The translations under genes were made by a program, and so were the position numbers. 64,000 nt of DNA from Owenia fusiformis (lineage: Eukaryota), in NCBI GenBank assembly GCA_903813345.2, contig CAIIXF020000001.1, forward strand, positions 46,438,001 to 46,502,000. Direction: 5' to 3'. The notes beneath the pieces were generated by a model. It had not been told where the DNA came from. It saw only the letters and a list, made by a program, of their open reading frames with translations, and did not search any database. Numbering within the stretch: the stretch's first letter is position 1; every line of letters begins with the position of its first letter. Positions 40,801 to 53,912 of the stretch are shown piece by piece.

Positions 40801-41777
40801 TAAAGATGACTGGGTTTGAAGCTTATCAATCATCATACACTCATAATGCCTTTAAACTTTTTCATGCAGAAATCCATTAAGAACTACTGTATACAAATAG
40901 CAGCAGGAATGACTATATACCATGACATGTACTACATTTGTATTTATATATATTTGTATGTGTTTCATGTATTATATAATATGCTTTAACTATGTCTACT
41001 TATAGCCTGTAGTGCATTATTATACTCAGTCAACCAAAGTGTAAAAGGACCAGGTTTAGTATGGCAACTTGGCAAGTGATATTGTAAGATCATATCTTTC
41101 ACCATGAGCACTTTATCAATTTAAATATGACATGTCTTATTATCACAATATATTATTGTTCAATTAAATTCTCAAAAATTATAAAAATATCTATCGAACA
41201 ATTCAAAAAAAAAAGAATATGTCGACATTTTTTTCAAAATGTTAAACCTATTTACTCAGAAGATTACCCTCCCTTTTTGATTTGTATTGCATGAAAAGAT
41301 TATTCAATACAAGGGATACAAGACTTCTTGAAAGTAGAATTGGATTGAATGTCTAGTTTTGAAGATATCAATTTCTGATGACCAAAATTATGCTGAAAAC
41401 AATGGATAGCATGAGTTTTCCCTCGATCCGGCCGGTAAAATAACATGGGAAATGTCGTTTTTAAAATTAATGATAACCATATTTGACTAATACAACATTT
41501 ATTAAAAATCAGACCCTGCATTGCATGGCAGGTATATGGATCCAACTAGGTAGGCGAGGGGGGCTAAAAATCAAACAAACACCCTATTTATATTGCTAAA
41601 TTTATACAATACCTGATGAGAACGGGAGCATGTATTTTGTTTGACTTCGAATTCACTAGTAATGTCTTCTGGGTACTTTTGGCAGTTATAGAGCTCTTCT
41701 AGAAAACCACGATGGTCCTTGAACCTCTGGATATCGATTATACGAGCATCTTTAACATGAAGAGGAATGACGTTCAT
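28890..41777 (-). CDS. Bifunctional RmlC-RmlD fusion (NDP-4-dehydrorhamnose 3,5-epimerase + 4-reductase), 11 exons (41777-41613, 40259-40035, 39243-39051, 34645-34531, 34277-34172, 33711-33564, 31181-31057, 30781-30686, 30153-30025, 29689-29583, 28980-28890), about 499 aa
   Basis: Exon lengths sum to 1500 nt in one frame. RmlC motifs: FKDHRGFLEE, VIRGLH, AKL, YDVVVDLRPESPSY, GHGF, WP..IISEKD. RmlD motifs: GASGQVG, SSDYVFDG, PLNNYGSYK, CPTY..DIA. Confidence 0.92.
31257..33065. repeat. 51-bp minisatellite, about 35 copies, in intron 6 of the RmlC-RmlD gene
   Basis: Unit gactaggactacaaagagacatcactggtcaatgtgatagtgttgctagta, head to tail, with no spacers. Confidence 0.97.
34775..35348 (+). mobile_element. 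Internally deleted Tc1/mariner element with a transposase C-terminal remnant
   Basis: TA flanks and TIRs cagggtggtcaaaaaatggaaaccc. The remnant YL*GYGKEKVYKNDLRTITNLKSE...IP matches the LWGYLKxKVY motif with W changed to a stop. Confidence 0.8.
36035..38432. mobile_element. 2.4-kb non-autonomous DNA transposon with about 250-bp TIRs, CAC...GTG termini and a 5-bp TSD (Transib/CMC-like)
   Basis: 36035-36285 is the reverse complement of 38186-38432, with ACAAT on both flanks. I recognise no transposase ORF. Confidence 0.85.
39374..39737. mobile_element. Kolobok-like MITE (TTAA flanks)
   Basis: ttaa|aggtgcaataag...cttattgcccct|ttaa. Confidence 0.6.
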
Positions 41778-43940
41778 GATGTTTTTGTCACACAGTCCAA
41801 GTCTAAAAAATCAAGAAAAAAGCATGTTTATATTGACTGTGAAGGAACCCACAAGCTGAATACAAAATGTAATCTGTATTGGTAATAAAATGGCACACCT
41901 TGGACTTCATTGGTTATTTCTTCATCATTGCTTTAGGTGATGGTTGCTCTACCAGCCCATATTTTTTCCTGGTGCAAAATAAAGTATTGAGGCATGTGTG
42001 TATTTTCTTGCTTTTTTCAAAAAAGTATCAATTCAATGTCTTCTTTTAATAGGAAACCTGGTAAGAGGTGAATGCCAACTCCAAGAAATGCTAATAATTC
42101 AAGAGAAAACATTCAAAATACAATTTTCTGAATTTCTTCTCCAAGTTTCTCAACAACACTGAATTGCCTACAATTCATTTCTAAGTCACTAAACACAAGG
42201 AAGAAAAAAAGAAAGGCACACCCATGTTTTCTTACTCCATTTTGTTCTTGAAAAATGAACAACATGTGCAGGTATAGTGATTTGTTCAAAAATATTTTGT
42301 ATAGTAGAACATGTACCTTAAAATCCATTTTCAACCCTGTGGATTGAACAATTAACTGTAAAACTCACCAAGATCCAAATGTCTGAATGTTTAATCCCTG
42401 AATTTGGCTTTTAATGAACTAAAATATTACCATCTATTGCATAGCTATTAAATGTATAGCATAACTTTATAACACATATGAATGTATTAAAGCATTAATA
42501 GTAAGACCCATTCACCAAATCACAGTAAGTTTTTTTAAGGTAGTCATTTATAAAAGAATTGGGTTATATCGACCTTTAAATGTATGGTTTTATTAACACA
42601 AGTGCTAAGCACATGAACACCAATTCATTTGGTTTCAAAAACATATATTTATCTTTACAATTGGTTCTTATTTCCCATAGAATTTGAGACCAATATGCAT
42701 GCTACTTTCAATACACAGTTTATATTAAAATCGATTTTTAAGATTTTATGAGAATGCATAAACATTACTTACCTCAATGTGTCTCAGTAGAATAAGCTTT
42801 GGCTTGAAACTGGTTCACTGTAAAAAGAGATTTACAAAATACATATAGATATACATGTACCTCATGCAATTTAACTGCATATGTACTTTAATGATTGGCA
42901 ATATTCCTGATCTAAGCATTTACTTATTGGCTGTGTGTCATTTCAAATTAAATAAGGCCAAAGGATATTAATGTTATGTTTCATGGAGCTGGGAATGTAG
43001 AAGCACATGTAATATGCCATATTAAATATCACATTTAGTTTATGGAGTTTTGAAATACAAGTCACAATTCATAAAAAGTTATGTCTACTTTCACACTATT
43101 TCCCATTCACGTTGATCATTATCGGTTCTTCCATCAAATACATGGCATATGAATTTCATCTAATGGATACATGGTTGCAAATTAATATTACAGCAACAGG
43201 CTGTAAACCATGTAATCTTTCCATTTCAGTTTAGAAAATTTTTTCTCCTGCATTAAGTCTCTGGACCCCTCCCTATATATACTCCCCCTTGTTATGGAGA
43301 TAAGGTGAGGTATATGGGGGGGTACTAGAGTTTCAAGAAAGATAAGGCATTTTTATTAGATTGAGAGAACCAAGTTTTGACTTATATATCTGACCATGTT
43401 GCAGTTATGTATGATAAAGAAATTATAGTATTTCCTGAATGTTTCCTAGAAAACAGATACATGCACATTTTGATTTTTTGTTGCATGTAAAACATAAATA
43501 AACTTTCTATGGCCTTAACTAGCTCTAATATAAGCAAACTAACATGTCACATGTTTGCAATTTTATGATTTTGATTGATATCATTTATTTTAGTATGAAA
43601 AAAAGTAATCAGTCTCGATTGAAACTGCCTTTAGCAAAATAAACTAATAATATAGTTTATCAATACATGTACATGTACATAAGCATCATTACTCACAGTA
43701 GGGGAGACTGTTATCTTTATAACTTATGAAACATTACATAATTGTAAAATATGGTTCAGCAATCTCTCTCTTTCGCATGGTCAGTATTGTAAACAAAAGA
43801 ATCGCATGACTTCCCGACAACCCCATCCTTTAGGCTTTATTTTGTATGTATATACCATCTTGGAAAAATTAATGAATATTTGTGGTGGAATCGAATTAAC
43901 AATTTTTATTACAAATGTAAATATCAGACAATTCATCAGC

Positions 43941-44180
43941 AGTAATGCCGAGGTCACATTTGCTCCGATTCATCGGCCAGCACCCGACAGATTGAGTAGT
44001 TTATTCAAAACTGAAGATCAAATCTCAAATTTGAGGTCCGATGTGAACTCCTGGGAACTTGTACATGATTTTAAAAAACTTTGGTCAATTTGAAGGAAGT
44101 TGAAATCACTTTTGAACAAAATACTGCAATCGGACGGGCGCCGGCAGATGAATCGGAGCAAATGTGACCTAGGCATCACT
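43941..44180. mobile_element. Small MITE
   Basis: Inverted repeats atgcc.aggtcacatttgctccgattcatc at both ends. Confidence 0.7.
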
Positions 44181-44949
44181 CGAATACTACGAGATTGATT
44201 TTGACTAGCATGTCTGCAATATCGCAGGCAATTAAAGTGATATGATAACCCCCTCTAGTAATACAATAATGAGCAGTACCAAGGATACATTATGCCAAAC
44301 TAACAATTCCTAATCAGAATATTTTCTGAAAATGTGCAGTATGCACAGGTACGTGAAGAATAGAGAGTCTTCTTAAAGAGATCTCATGATTAAATAGTCA
44401 TCAAAAATTCAAATCATCAAAAAATTGTCTTAGTATTTGAAGGCTCTTGAGTACAATCTGAATGTCTTATAATGCAGAACTGTTTGCCTAACATCAAAGA
44501 AAACATGTGTTCAACAATAACATGGAAAAACAATACTAAACATTACATGATAATGTAGAGTGTATTATTGATCTATGAATTATTGATTGTTTCAAATACC
44601 TTCAGTTGATTTAGTAATTAGATTCCAATTGAAACCATAGTTCATGTATTGATAAAAGAGTGACTGATGTATTGACAGTTTCAGATCCTTTCAAACAATT
44701 GTACATTTATAAATTCCAGTGTCAATGTCATTGTCAGTTTCAACCTTGGACTGAGACCATGTATTCAATACAGTCATGTAAATATTTCTGGCAAAATTCA
44801 AAAAGACATGCACTGATAATACCATTTCAATTAACATCCCACTAGTTCTTTGTGGCATTTCTTTCATTTTGAATTTACAGAATAATAGAAACATTTTTTA
44901 AGCTAGATTATATTCAAAATGACCACCTCTAATACATTAAGCATAACGA

Positions 44950-45110
44950 TCAAATTATCTTTGTGATCATGGTCAAATTATCTTTGTGATCATGGTCAAA
45001 TTATCTTTGTGATCATGGTCAAATTATCTTTGTGATCATGGTCAAATTATCTTTGTGATCATGGTCAAATTATCTTTGTGATCATGGTCAAATTATCTTT
45101 GTGATCATGG
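44950..45110. repeat. 23-bp tandem repeat, 7 copies
   Basis: Unit tcaaattatctttgtgatcatgg. Confidence 0.95.
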
Positions 45111-45910
45111 TCATACTTCATCATGCTTATTCTATTAAAGGTACATTATTTCAAAAACAAATGAAATTAATGGATACTAATATAATATAAACATAATAAC
45201 AATGAAATCTTTACATAATTTAACATGCTTGGTCCAATGGGTATAATATTTGAAATTGTTCAAACTGAGGATGTAGTATGCTGCCCAATGAAATGAAATC
45301 TTGTGGGCTTTAGAAAGATGCATGATATAGAACATGTTGTGAACAAAATATTTGGAAATGTTGACCAATTGTTAAAAATGTCTTCTTGTCTCTAGTCTTT
45401 ATTTTGCCTTTTTCATCACTTATGTATTTTTGACAGCCAAAAAATATTAAATGTTGAAATATTTCAAACTAAAGCCAGCAAGCAAGATCAGATCTCAGGT
45501 CCCAAGGTAAAATTGAATGTAAAATATTGGTGATTTCAAAACATCATAAATCTTCCAAAAGTTCCGGCTATAATTGGCAATGCTTAAACAGCAGTCCAAC
45601 TCCTCCTGGTTTCAAATTGAAAGTATTTGATGAGGAGTTACCCAAAGTACCAGATATTATCTCATATTTTAAATTTCACAACCAAATGAATGTGAACTCT
45701 ACCTACTCCTGCTGCTATACTTTTTACATATTTCCTATTATAAATCAATATATTGATGTGTTCATGAACTACACCAGTATATGGCATCTGTCTTTGTGAT
45801 ATCAATTAAATTGAATCCTCATTGTGGAGTGATCATATCTGATATAACATTGTCAATTAAATTACATTTTTTCACTTCATTTACAATGTATGACATTAGC
45901 AAAAGAGAAT

Positions 45911-46689
45911 AACTAGATAACGGCAACTCCGCGGAGTAGCAAATCCCAACGAACAAAATATCAATTACCTATCCAATCAATTATACTCATTACTTAAAAG
46001 TTAAAATTGAAAAAATTAGATTTTAGAATTGCGAATTCCTGCAAAGCAGCCATTTTGAATTTTCGGAGATACAAATCTGAAAAATAATACCATAATTGTG
46101 ATCCACTCCAAAATTCCTTCAATTTGAGTATAATATAGCCATACTTTGAAGGGGTCGAAAAATTATTGCGAAATCGTACATTAGACAGCCATTTTAAATT
46201 TTACGAGGCTCGAATCAGAAAAAAGATATTATATCTGCAATCTACTCTTAATTGCCTTTCATTTGAGTATAATAAAGCTATACTTCAGAAAGATCTAAAA
46301 ATTAGCGAAAATTTCTGTTTTCCTGTCCCCCCCCATACACGGCCCCTGGGGGTCAGGATGAAAAACACGGAATATATGTGAAATAGATAAATGTTGTGAA
46401 TATACTACCAAAATTTCAAACAATAATATTAATTACTTTGGTTTAGAATGAAAAAGTTATGATTTTTGCGAAAAAGTCCCGTCATTTTTAAAGCGGCGAC
46501 CATCTTGAAAATTTTTTTTTTTGCGTAAAACTATTCACCGATATACATCTTTCCACTAAATATGAAGAAAATCCATCTACCAGTATTTGAGTTATCTTCC
46601 GGACAGACGGATGGACTGGCTGACTGACTGACGGACAGACGGACGGAGGGCTTCACTATATCCCTACCGAACTTCGTTCGTTGGGATAA
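45911..46689 (-). mobile_element. HINE/DINE-1-like (Helentron-associated) element, copy 1
   Basis: Subterminal inverted repeats atcccaacgaac/gttcgttgggat, a (GACG/GACT)n microsatellite, terminal hairpins and TT/AA ends. Highly similar to 48206-48988. Confidence 0.8.
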
Positions 46690-46822
46690 TTAAGGCAGCA
46701 AAATGGCAAACATGTCACCACCCCATATGCTATTGCATACAGTTACAAATATGTAACAACATGCTACACATATCAAATACCAATGCCAAATGTTGGTCAC
46801 AAAAATAGTGACTATAACGATA

Positions 46823-47123
46823 CAGTAAAACCTGTGTATATTGAACATTTTTTGCCAAGAAAAAATATTGTTGGTAGGTTCATTTATTTGTGTTCATTGT
46901 CAAAGACTTTATTACAATTTTTTGTTTTAGACGTTTTGAATGCAAACTGCATTCATGATCACTTAATTTAAATTGAAAACTAATAAATGGATTTAATATG
47001 ACCAGACTATGAACTTATTTTATGTAATTGTTGGTAGGTGTTCACTATAGAGAGGGTTATGTGTGTCTCCACTTGAGACAGGTGTTCACTAGAGAGAGAT
47101 GTTCACTAAGACAGGTTTTACTG
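46823..47123. mobile_element. pogo/Tc1-like MITE
   Basis: ta|cagtaaaacctgt...acaggttttactg|ta; a related element lies at about 47805-47948. Confidence 0.7.
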
Positions 47124-47489
47124 TATATGGTGATGTCACTTTTACCTCTTCTGATAGGTTCATAAAAATACCTTTTTATGTTTATAATTTTATTAAATCA
47201 AATTACAGCCTTAACTGTTATACAGTCAATGATTATTGAACATTTTCTGCCATTCTTAAGCATATAAGTAACAATATAAAATAATCTATAGTACAATCAT
47301 TTCTTACACAAGTTACATTATATCACCTAATAATGAAATCTAAATATTTTGGCTCTACACAAGTCTTAATATTTGATTCATTTGGTGGGAACAAGTATAG
47401 TATATTTTACATCTTTATAGCATTTTAAAATGTAACAAATGGAATGATTCATAAAACATGTAATTGTGTAGATCCTACTATCAACTATT

Positions 47490-47757
47490 TACAAGGCATT
47501 AACATGCAAAATGTCACCACCTACCATTTGTTACATACACCAAACTCTGAATGCAGACTGCCAGATGCCTAACACCACCCACAAAAAAGTTGGAGACATG
47601 TCACCACTTGTGGTGGTGATATAACAAGAACATTAACATGTCACCACATGCAATTTGTGCAGAGTGCAGAGCCCCGAACACCAAACGCCGACTGCTGTCA
47701 ACAACAAAAAAGTTGGAGACCATAACAATATGTCACCACTTCTGGTGGTGACATAAT
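47490..47757. repeat. Dispersed repeat family (acaaggcattaacatg...tgtcaccac.tggtggtgacataa), two tandem copies
   Basis: Other copies lie near 839-980, 5895-6020, 15670-15762, and on the reverse strand at 62962-63525. Confidence 0.7.
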
Positions 47758-48205
47758 GACTATACATAGAGTGTAGTCTTTATTTGTGTATCTTAATAAT
47801 GGTACAGTAAAGTCTGTTTAAGTGGAACACTCTTGGTTCAGCTACAGTGTTCGACTCAGAAGGTGTTTCACTTAAAGAGGTTCAATCAAAATTAAGTCAA
47901 TGGTGTTCCCCTTATAATTGGAAATGTTCCACAACACAGCTTTTACTGTACATGTGAGCTCATTAAGATAATGTACATAAAGTACACAATCTTTAAAACA
48001 TTTACATGAATGAGGAATGCTGGAGGGAGGATAAAAAATTCAAGGACCCAAAATAGCCCCCCCCCCTAGCATCTCAATTTGGCAACAAAGGATCATTCAT
48101 AGATGACATACATGCTATAAAACATTATGCATTTTATAATTTACATTTCATAATGTAAATGATATGGCCACCAAATGTTTTGGCCACCCATGCCATGAGA
48201 AATCA

Positions 48206-48988
48206 AACTAGATAACGGCAACTCTGCGGAGTAGCAAATCCCAACGAACAAAATATCAATTACCGAATTCCAATCAATTATACTCATTACTTTGGTTAAA
48301 ATTGAAAAATTTAGATTTTAGAATTGCGAATTCCTGCAGCCATTTTGAATTTTCTGAGGTACAAATCTGAAAAATAATACCATAATTGTGATCTACTCCA
48401 AAATTCCTTCAATTTGAGTATAATATAGCCATACTTTGAAGGGATCGAAAAATTATTGCGAAATCGTACATTAGACAGCCATTTTGAATTTCACGAGGCT
48501 CGAATCAGAAAAAAAGATACAATATTTGCAATCTACTCTCAATTGCCTTTAATTTGAGTATAATAAAGCTATACTTCAGAAAAATCGAAAAATAAGCGAA
48601 AATTTCTGTTTTCCTGACCCCCCATATACGGCCCCTGGGGGTCAGGATGAAACACGGAATATATGTGAAATAGATAGATGTTGCGAATATACTACCAAAA
48701 TTTCAAACAATAATATTAATTACTTTGGTTTAGAATGAAAAATATATGATTTTTGCAAAAAAGTCCCATCATTTTTAAAGCGGCAGCCATCTTGAAAAAA
48801 TTTTTTTTTGCGTAAAACTATTCACCAATATACATCTTTCCACTAAATATGAAGAAAATCCGTCAACTAATATTTGAGTTATCTTCCGGACGGACAGACA
48901 GACGGACGGACGGACCGACTGACGGACGGACGGACTGACGGACGGAGGGCTTCACTATATCCCTACCGAACTTCGTTCGTTGGGATAA
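48206..48988 (-). mobile_element. HINE/DINE-1-like element, copy 2
   Basis: Direct-orientation near-copy of 45911-46689. Confidence 0.8.
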
Positions 48989-50401
48989 CTACCAGTAGCT
49001 CTTTAAATTTGTGGGTTGGGCAAATTTTATTGAATATGTATTTTAAACATTTTTTGAGTAAAACTATGAAAATAATGCCCAAAGATGTATCGCATCCTAT
49101 TTGGCTTAATTTTGTCTGGCCTAATTATTGCATCCTCAGGCTACATATCTGAATATGAAATCAGCCTGTTTTTTACAAAAGACCAAATATACATAATATG
49201 AGTGTGAACTGAGGAATGAGGATCAAAACAAACAAAACTCATGCTAAATCTTTATAGACGGTCAAAAAGTCAACCTTTATAGGAATGTATATCCCTGTAG
49301 TATCAAAACTGAAGAACTGTTTTTGTGACTTAATTCAATGAACTTGACATCAGCTGACTTCAAAATTTCTTGCGCCCTCTAATTTTTTTGACCTATTTGA
49401 CCTAAATTCAAATCGAAATAAACAATATGAAAAACCAACTGTTTCACCAGCTGAAGGTCACTGAATGTCAAAATCTGAGATGAGTTTTTCATTGTTCGCT
49501 GTCCCCTGTCCCCAACTCTTAGAAACTTAGATAACATCATTTGAGACACAGTTTGATGGCATTAACCCTTGATCTAAAACTTATTTTTTGATCTTTTGAA
49601 GGTGAACAAAAGATCAAATCTTAAATCTAAGGTCAAATATATGAAACCCTGGCAACTTACAGATGATTTAGAAAAAATTCAAGCTTTTTATGTAGCTGAC
49701 ATCTATTTCACATTCAAACAATGAACATTATAAATGAAACAAATGGCCACAGGTTTTCCACCTCTCTTTTTGTGTTGTCTATGATAAAATACAAAAGGAG
49801 AAAAAACATCCAACATTCATTCGTAATTTTATTTTCCTAATGAAAGGTAGATATTGTAACCTTGGTTACACCAAAGCATTCCAAGACATCTATGCTAAGA
49901 GGTCTTTCAAAAATTCCAGCGAGTTCACATTACTCTTTTTAAGATGTCTTACAAAAAATACTTGAGTTTACTCTAGACTTGTTTTTCCATGACATCTTGG
50001 AGGAGGTAGATCTCAATTAAAAATGAGATAACCATCAGTTTAGCACTGGCCAAGGGGCTAGGAAGTCAAAGTTTAAAGGGATGGCAATCCATTTCCCCTT
50101 TTTTAAGAAAAATAAATATTTAAAAATACATACTGATCAAAGAAATTATATTGTAAAAGAAACATGAGACATATGGCAAGGCTTGTGGCTTATACAAGGA
50201 ACATGGAAGAAAGATCTGCCAAAACGAAGATGTTTTTTCTGCTTTGAATGCTGTATTTGTTCTTAATGATACATTTAAAACCTGAGTAAGACCTTTAGCT
50301 AAAACCAATTGATTTACAGTCGCTTTGTTAGATGTTTTTACTCTTCAAGATGTCTTGCCATGGCTAGGGTTCCAAAACATTTTTGCAAAGATGTCCTTTA
50401 A

Positions 50402-50693
50402 CCTCTTGAATACCAGCCTCTAAAAAGGGTTTGAAACCAGAGCATTTTTCTTTTTCTGCTAGTTTTCTGGATATTTACATCCAAAAACACTATGTTTGAT
50501 ATTTGATTTCATAAGAATAGTAAGCATAGACCCATTACATACATTCTAAAACATAAGTTGTGAAGATTGGATAAAAATGCCAAAGTTAGAGCAGTTTTAG
50601 TGAAAAATTCTGTGACAGATATATCTGTCGCTCTGGGTTCCAAATGGATTTTATTTGTGACAGATATATCCGTCATTCTGGGTATTCAAGAGG
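50402..50693. mobile_element. piggyBac-like MITE
   Basis: ttaa|cctcttgaatacc...ggtattcaagagg|ttaa. Confidence 0.75.
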
Positions 50694-50994
50694 TTAAAGC
50701 CTCAGTCACATTTGCTCTATGGCGATATAGAAAATCTACATTGTACTGCTTACCACTACAGCTATATATTTTATGTTGCATATTCTCTCGATTTTGGGAA
50801 GCTGCAACCACTGTACGGATGCCGTAGATCAAATATGACAGGCATCAGTCAAGTGTGCATGTACAATTATTCTTTCAAACTAGTACAATAATTCTTTCAA
50901 ACTAATCAACCCTGTATTTTAATGTAAGTTTTAATTGACTACATCTCACAGACTAGAATCAACTTGGATGTTTAAACAAAGATATTCAGGCTCT

Positions 50995-52720
50995 TCAAGA
51001 GGAACCAGCATTCTTTGCTTCAGAGCTAGATTTCACTGTTGAATTGAGAGATTCCTTTAAGATTCCAAATATTTTATCATCTACTTTATAGTGTACAAGC
51101 TGGTAGTCAAAGACAGGTCCTAAGATGACGTTTAAGGCTGAAGTAGCATATCGATGACAATTAGAGTACTTATATTTTGGTTTCTTATTAAAATCGCAAC
51201 CCACATTTTGCGCTCCCATTGGGCTTATACAATCCTCAGTCATCGCACACTCAGCCCATGGTAACATGACTTTCTTATGCATCCTGTAAGTGTTATATAT
51301 TATTAAATGGTCACTATCTATCATATTATGAAACTTGTAAAGTTCAGCTTTTGTTTTGAAAAAGCTAAACATTTTTTGGTGAGTCAATGTGGTGGTTGGG
51401 TAGTTTCCTTTAATTGTCCAAGCAGCGAGGCCTGATGTTTTCGCAATTTTTATAATGTTCTTTATATTATTGTTGAGAAAATATTCCGACAAATCGGCCC
51501 ATATAACAGCGCCATATTCTTTGAGAATTAGCTGAAATGAACATGAAACTAATTTTGAAGCGGATAAATTAACCGAAAGTAAATATCTGGAACAACATAG
51601 GATGTGACTTCTTTATTTTTTATTTGACATCAATTTAATTTATTCATTTTTCTTAACTTACACATACTATTAGCTTTAAATTTCTTTTTTGATATTTCAA
51701 AATCTAGGGTGCTGTATGACCCAATCTGTGTATTTTATGAATTTACATGTGCGTGAAATCCAAACTCTTACCTGTATAGCTATAGGTTTATATGCCATAT
51801 TTCCAAGTGTTCCTACTATGCTTGGATACTTGTCAAATTCAAATGTCTTTACTATACATTGAGTTGAAGCGTTGCAGTGTTTCTCTAACTGAAAGATAAA
51901 GTAGCAAATGAAAAAGCAGTTGCTGTGTTATGTGTCCAACAGTTGTTTCTCTTTTTCATGTTTCAAATTCTTAAAAGGGTGTGAATGGGTTTTCATGAAT
52001 GGGTTTTCAAGGTGATCTTCAAATCCTCAATTGGTTGTTATACCAAGTTTAATCATGTGGGCACATTGCCTACTTAATTCATTTCTTGGACTATCACTGC
52101 CCCCTCTTTTCCAAATTCTATTCAACTCGAAGAAAAACAAATACAGATTCATTAACTAAGTTTTAATGGCCCAGATATTTTACATTGAGGTACCTATGTT
52201 GTTTTTTACATTAAAAACTTATATATTTACTTTTTGGAAATTATATTAAAACTCTTACCGTTTTAAGGTCCCAGGGATCAAGGTGTAAGTCAAAAACTGT
52301 CACCATCGCAGATGGAAAATATTTATGAACGGAGTCTAACAACTTGTTTAACTTTAACATCACTGAATCTGAGGATGATGATACTGCTGTTGCAATCATG
52401 GGTAGCTCCATATTTGGCTCTGTGGTATTAGGGTATATTTTACTACCAGAATAAAACCCTAGTTGTTCCAAGTAAGTCTGATCCAAAACGCTAAAGTCAG
52501 GTCCACTTGGCAATGATTTCATATTGTTCCTTATATCAGTTATTTTTTGTTGAGTCTTTGACACAAATGTCTTTAAATGAGGTGTCGGACTCCCTAGCAA
52601 CCATATTGAAATACTGGTCGCTATTACAAAAAGCACCATGATCATAAAATTTTTGGTCTTCATTTGTTCCCACATTCGTGCTGCAATACTTAAACCAATG
52701 AGTTTCTGTGGTCCTTCCAT
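50995..52720 (-). CDS. DUF1647-like type II membrane protein (putative glycosyltransferase-like), 3 coding exons (52720-52259, 51888-51772, 51531-50995), about 371 aa
   Basis: In-frame splicing (1116 nt) and an N-terminal transmembrane anchor. Motifs VFDL, FDKYP, AYKP, VIWAD, PWAECAM..CISPMGA and CHRY are typical of DUF1647 proteins. The true start may be a later Met. Confidence 0.8.
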
Positions 52721-53912
52721 ACATGTGTCTCATAGGAAGAATACTGCTCCGATTCATAGGTCAGGTACCTGAAATGAGAAATATAAAAATAAACTTAACT
52801 CACCCCGTTTCTTTGCCTTTAAATGTTTTAACTCTTTAACCAACCAGTTTCACAAGCCTCCAATTCATTTACCCTGGAATATTGAGGAGAGTAACTTTAA
52901 GTTCAGAGGGGCAACTATGTTTATGCGAGTCGTAATATTATTCATTCAACATGGATGTCTTATAAATTCAAAATAACATTACTTGAAAGGTGAAAAATCC
53001 CTTACACAGAAAATAAAACATTTTCTATATTCAATGTGGCAACTCAAAACTTGAATATGTTTCCTCTTTTACATATCTTGGAATTTTGGGAAGTTTTCAA
53101 AAAAGGGTATTACTCAAAATACTAACAGAAAAAAGCTTGGTTTCATCTTAAACATACACTTCATTCTAATCGCATCACATCACAGATTTGATTTGGCATT
53201 TATTTGACTTTTGTATTAAACCCATTATACAGCCCCCTGTAAATTGTAAACTGTGAATAGGGCATACTGATAAATGAGAAAGATATGCATGAAAAAATAA
53301 AATTTGCTGACCAGACAATACGAGAAAAGTGTTGAACCCATTTCCAATAGACTTTCAATAGACTGAAAGAATGCCATCTTTTTATCAAAACATGAATAAA
53401 ATACATAAATAAAGTATTAAACCTTAATTTTATCATTGTTTTTGTCTTTTGCAGGGAATGCAGCTACTATGAATGCAGTTATTAACCTCTTGACTACCCA
53501 GAGTCACCTGACCAAATGACCTTGAAACCTAGAGTGACGAGATAATATGTCACAAAATTATTGACTAATATTGCTTTATTTGGACAATTTTCATTCAATT
53601 TACAAAAAAATATTTGAAATTAATGTGTAGAAATGATCTCTGCCACTAATTTTACTAAAATGACCTTACCCGTTATATATGCATGAAACAAAAAAATGTC
53701 AAAAGCCGACAAAAATGAAAAAGTCTCTGGTTTCAAACTAATTTTAGAGAATGGGATTCTAGAGGTAAAAGCAATTCCACAAAACAATAAATGTTTAAAT
53801 TCAATGAAGTGTCAGTTTTTGGTGCATGATTTATTTCATGACACTATAGGGTCAAAAACCTTGAACTGAGCTAAAATCATTAGAGGCCAATTTCATTTTA
53901 TTTACAAATGTA

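Noticed and set aside
28890..41777. Bacterial contamination or misassembly
   Set aside because: Ten GT-AG introns contain host-type repeats, and the neighbours are typical animal genes.
44950..45110. Possible CRISPR-like repeat
   Set aside because: Perfect head-to-tail 23-mers without spacers.
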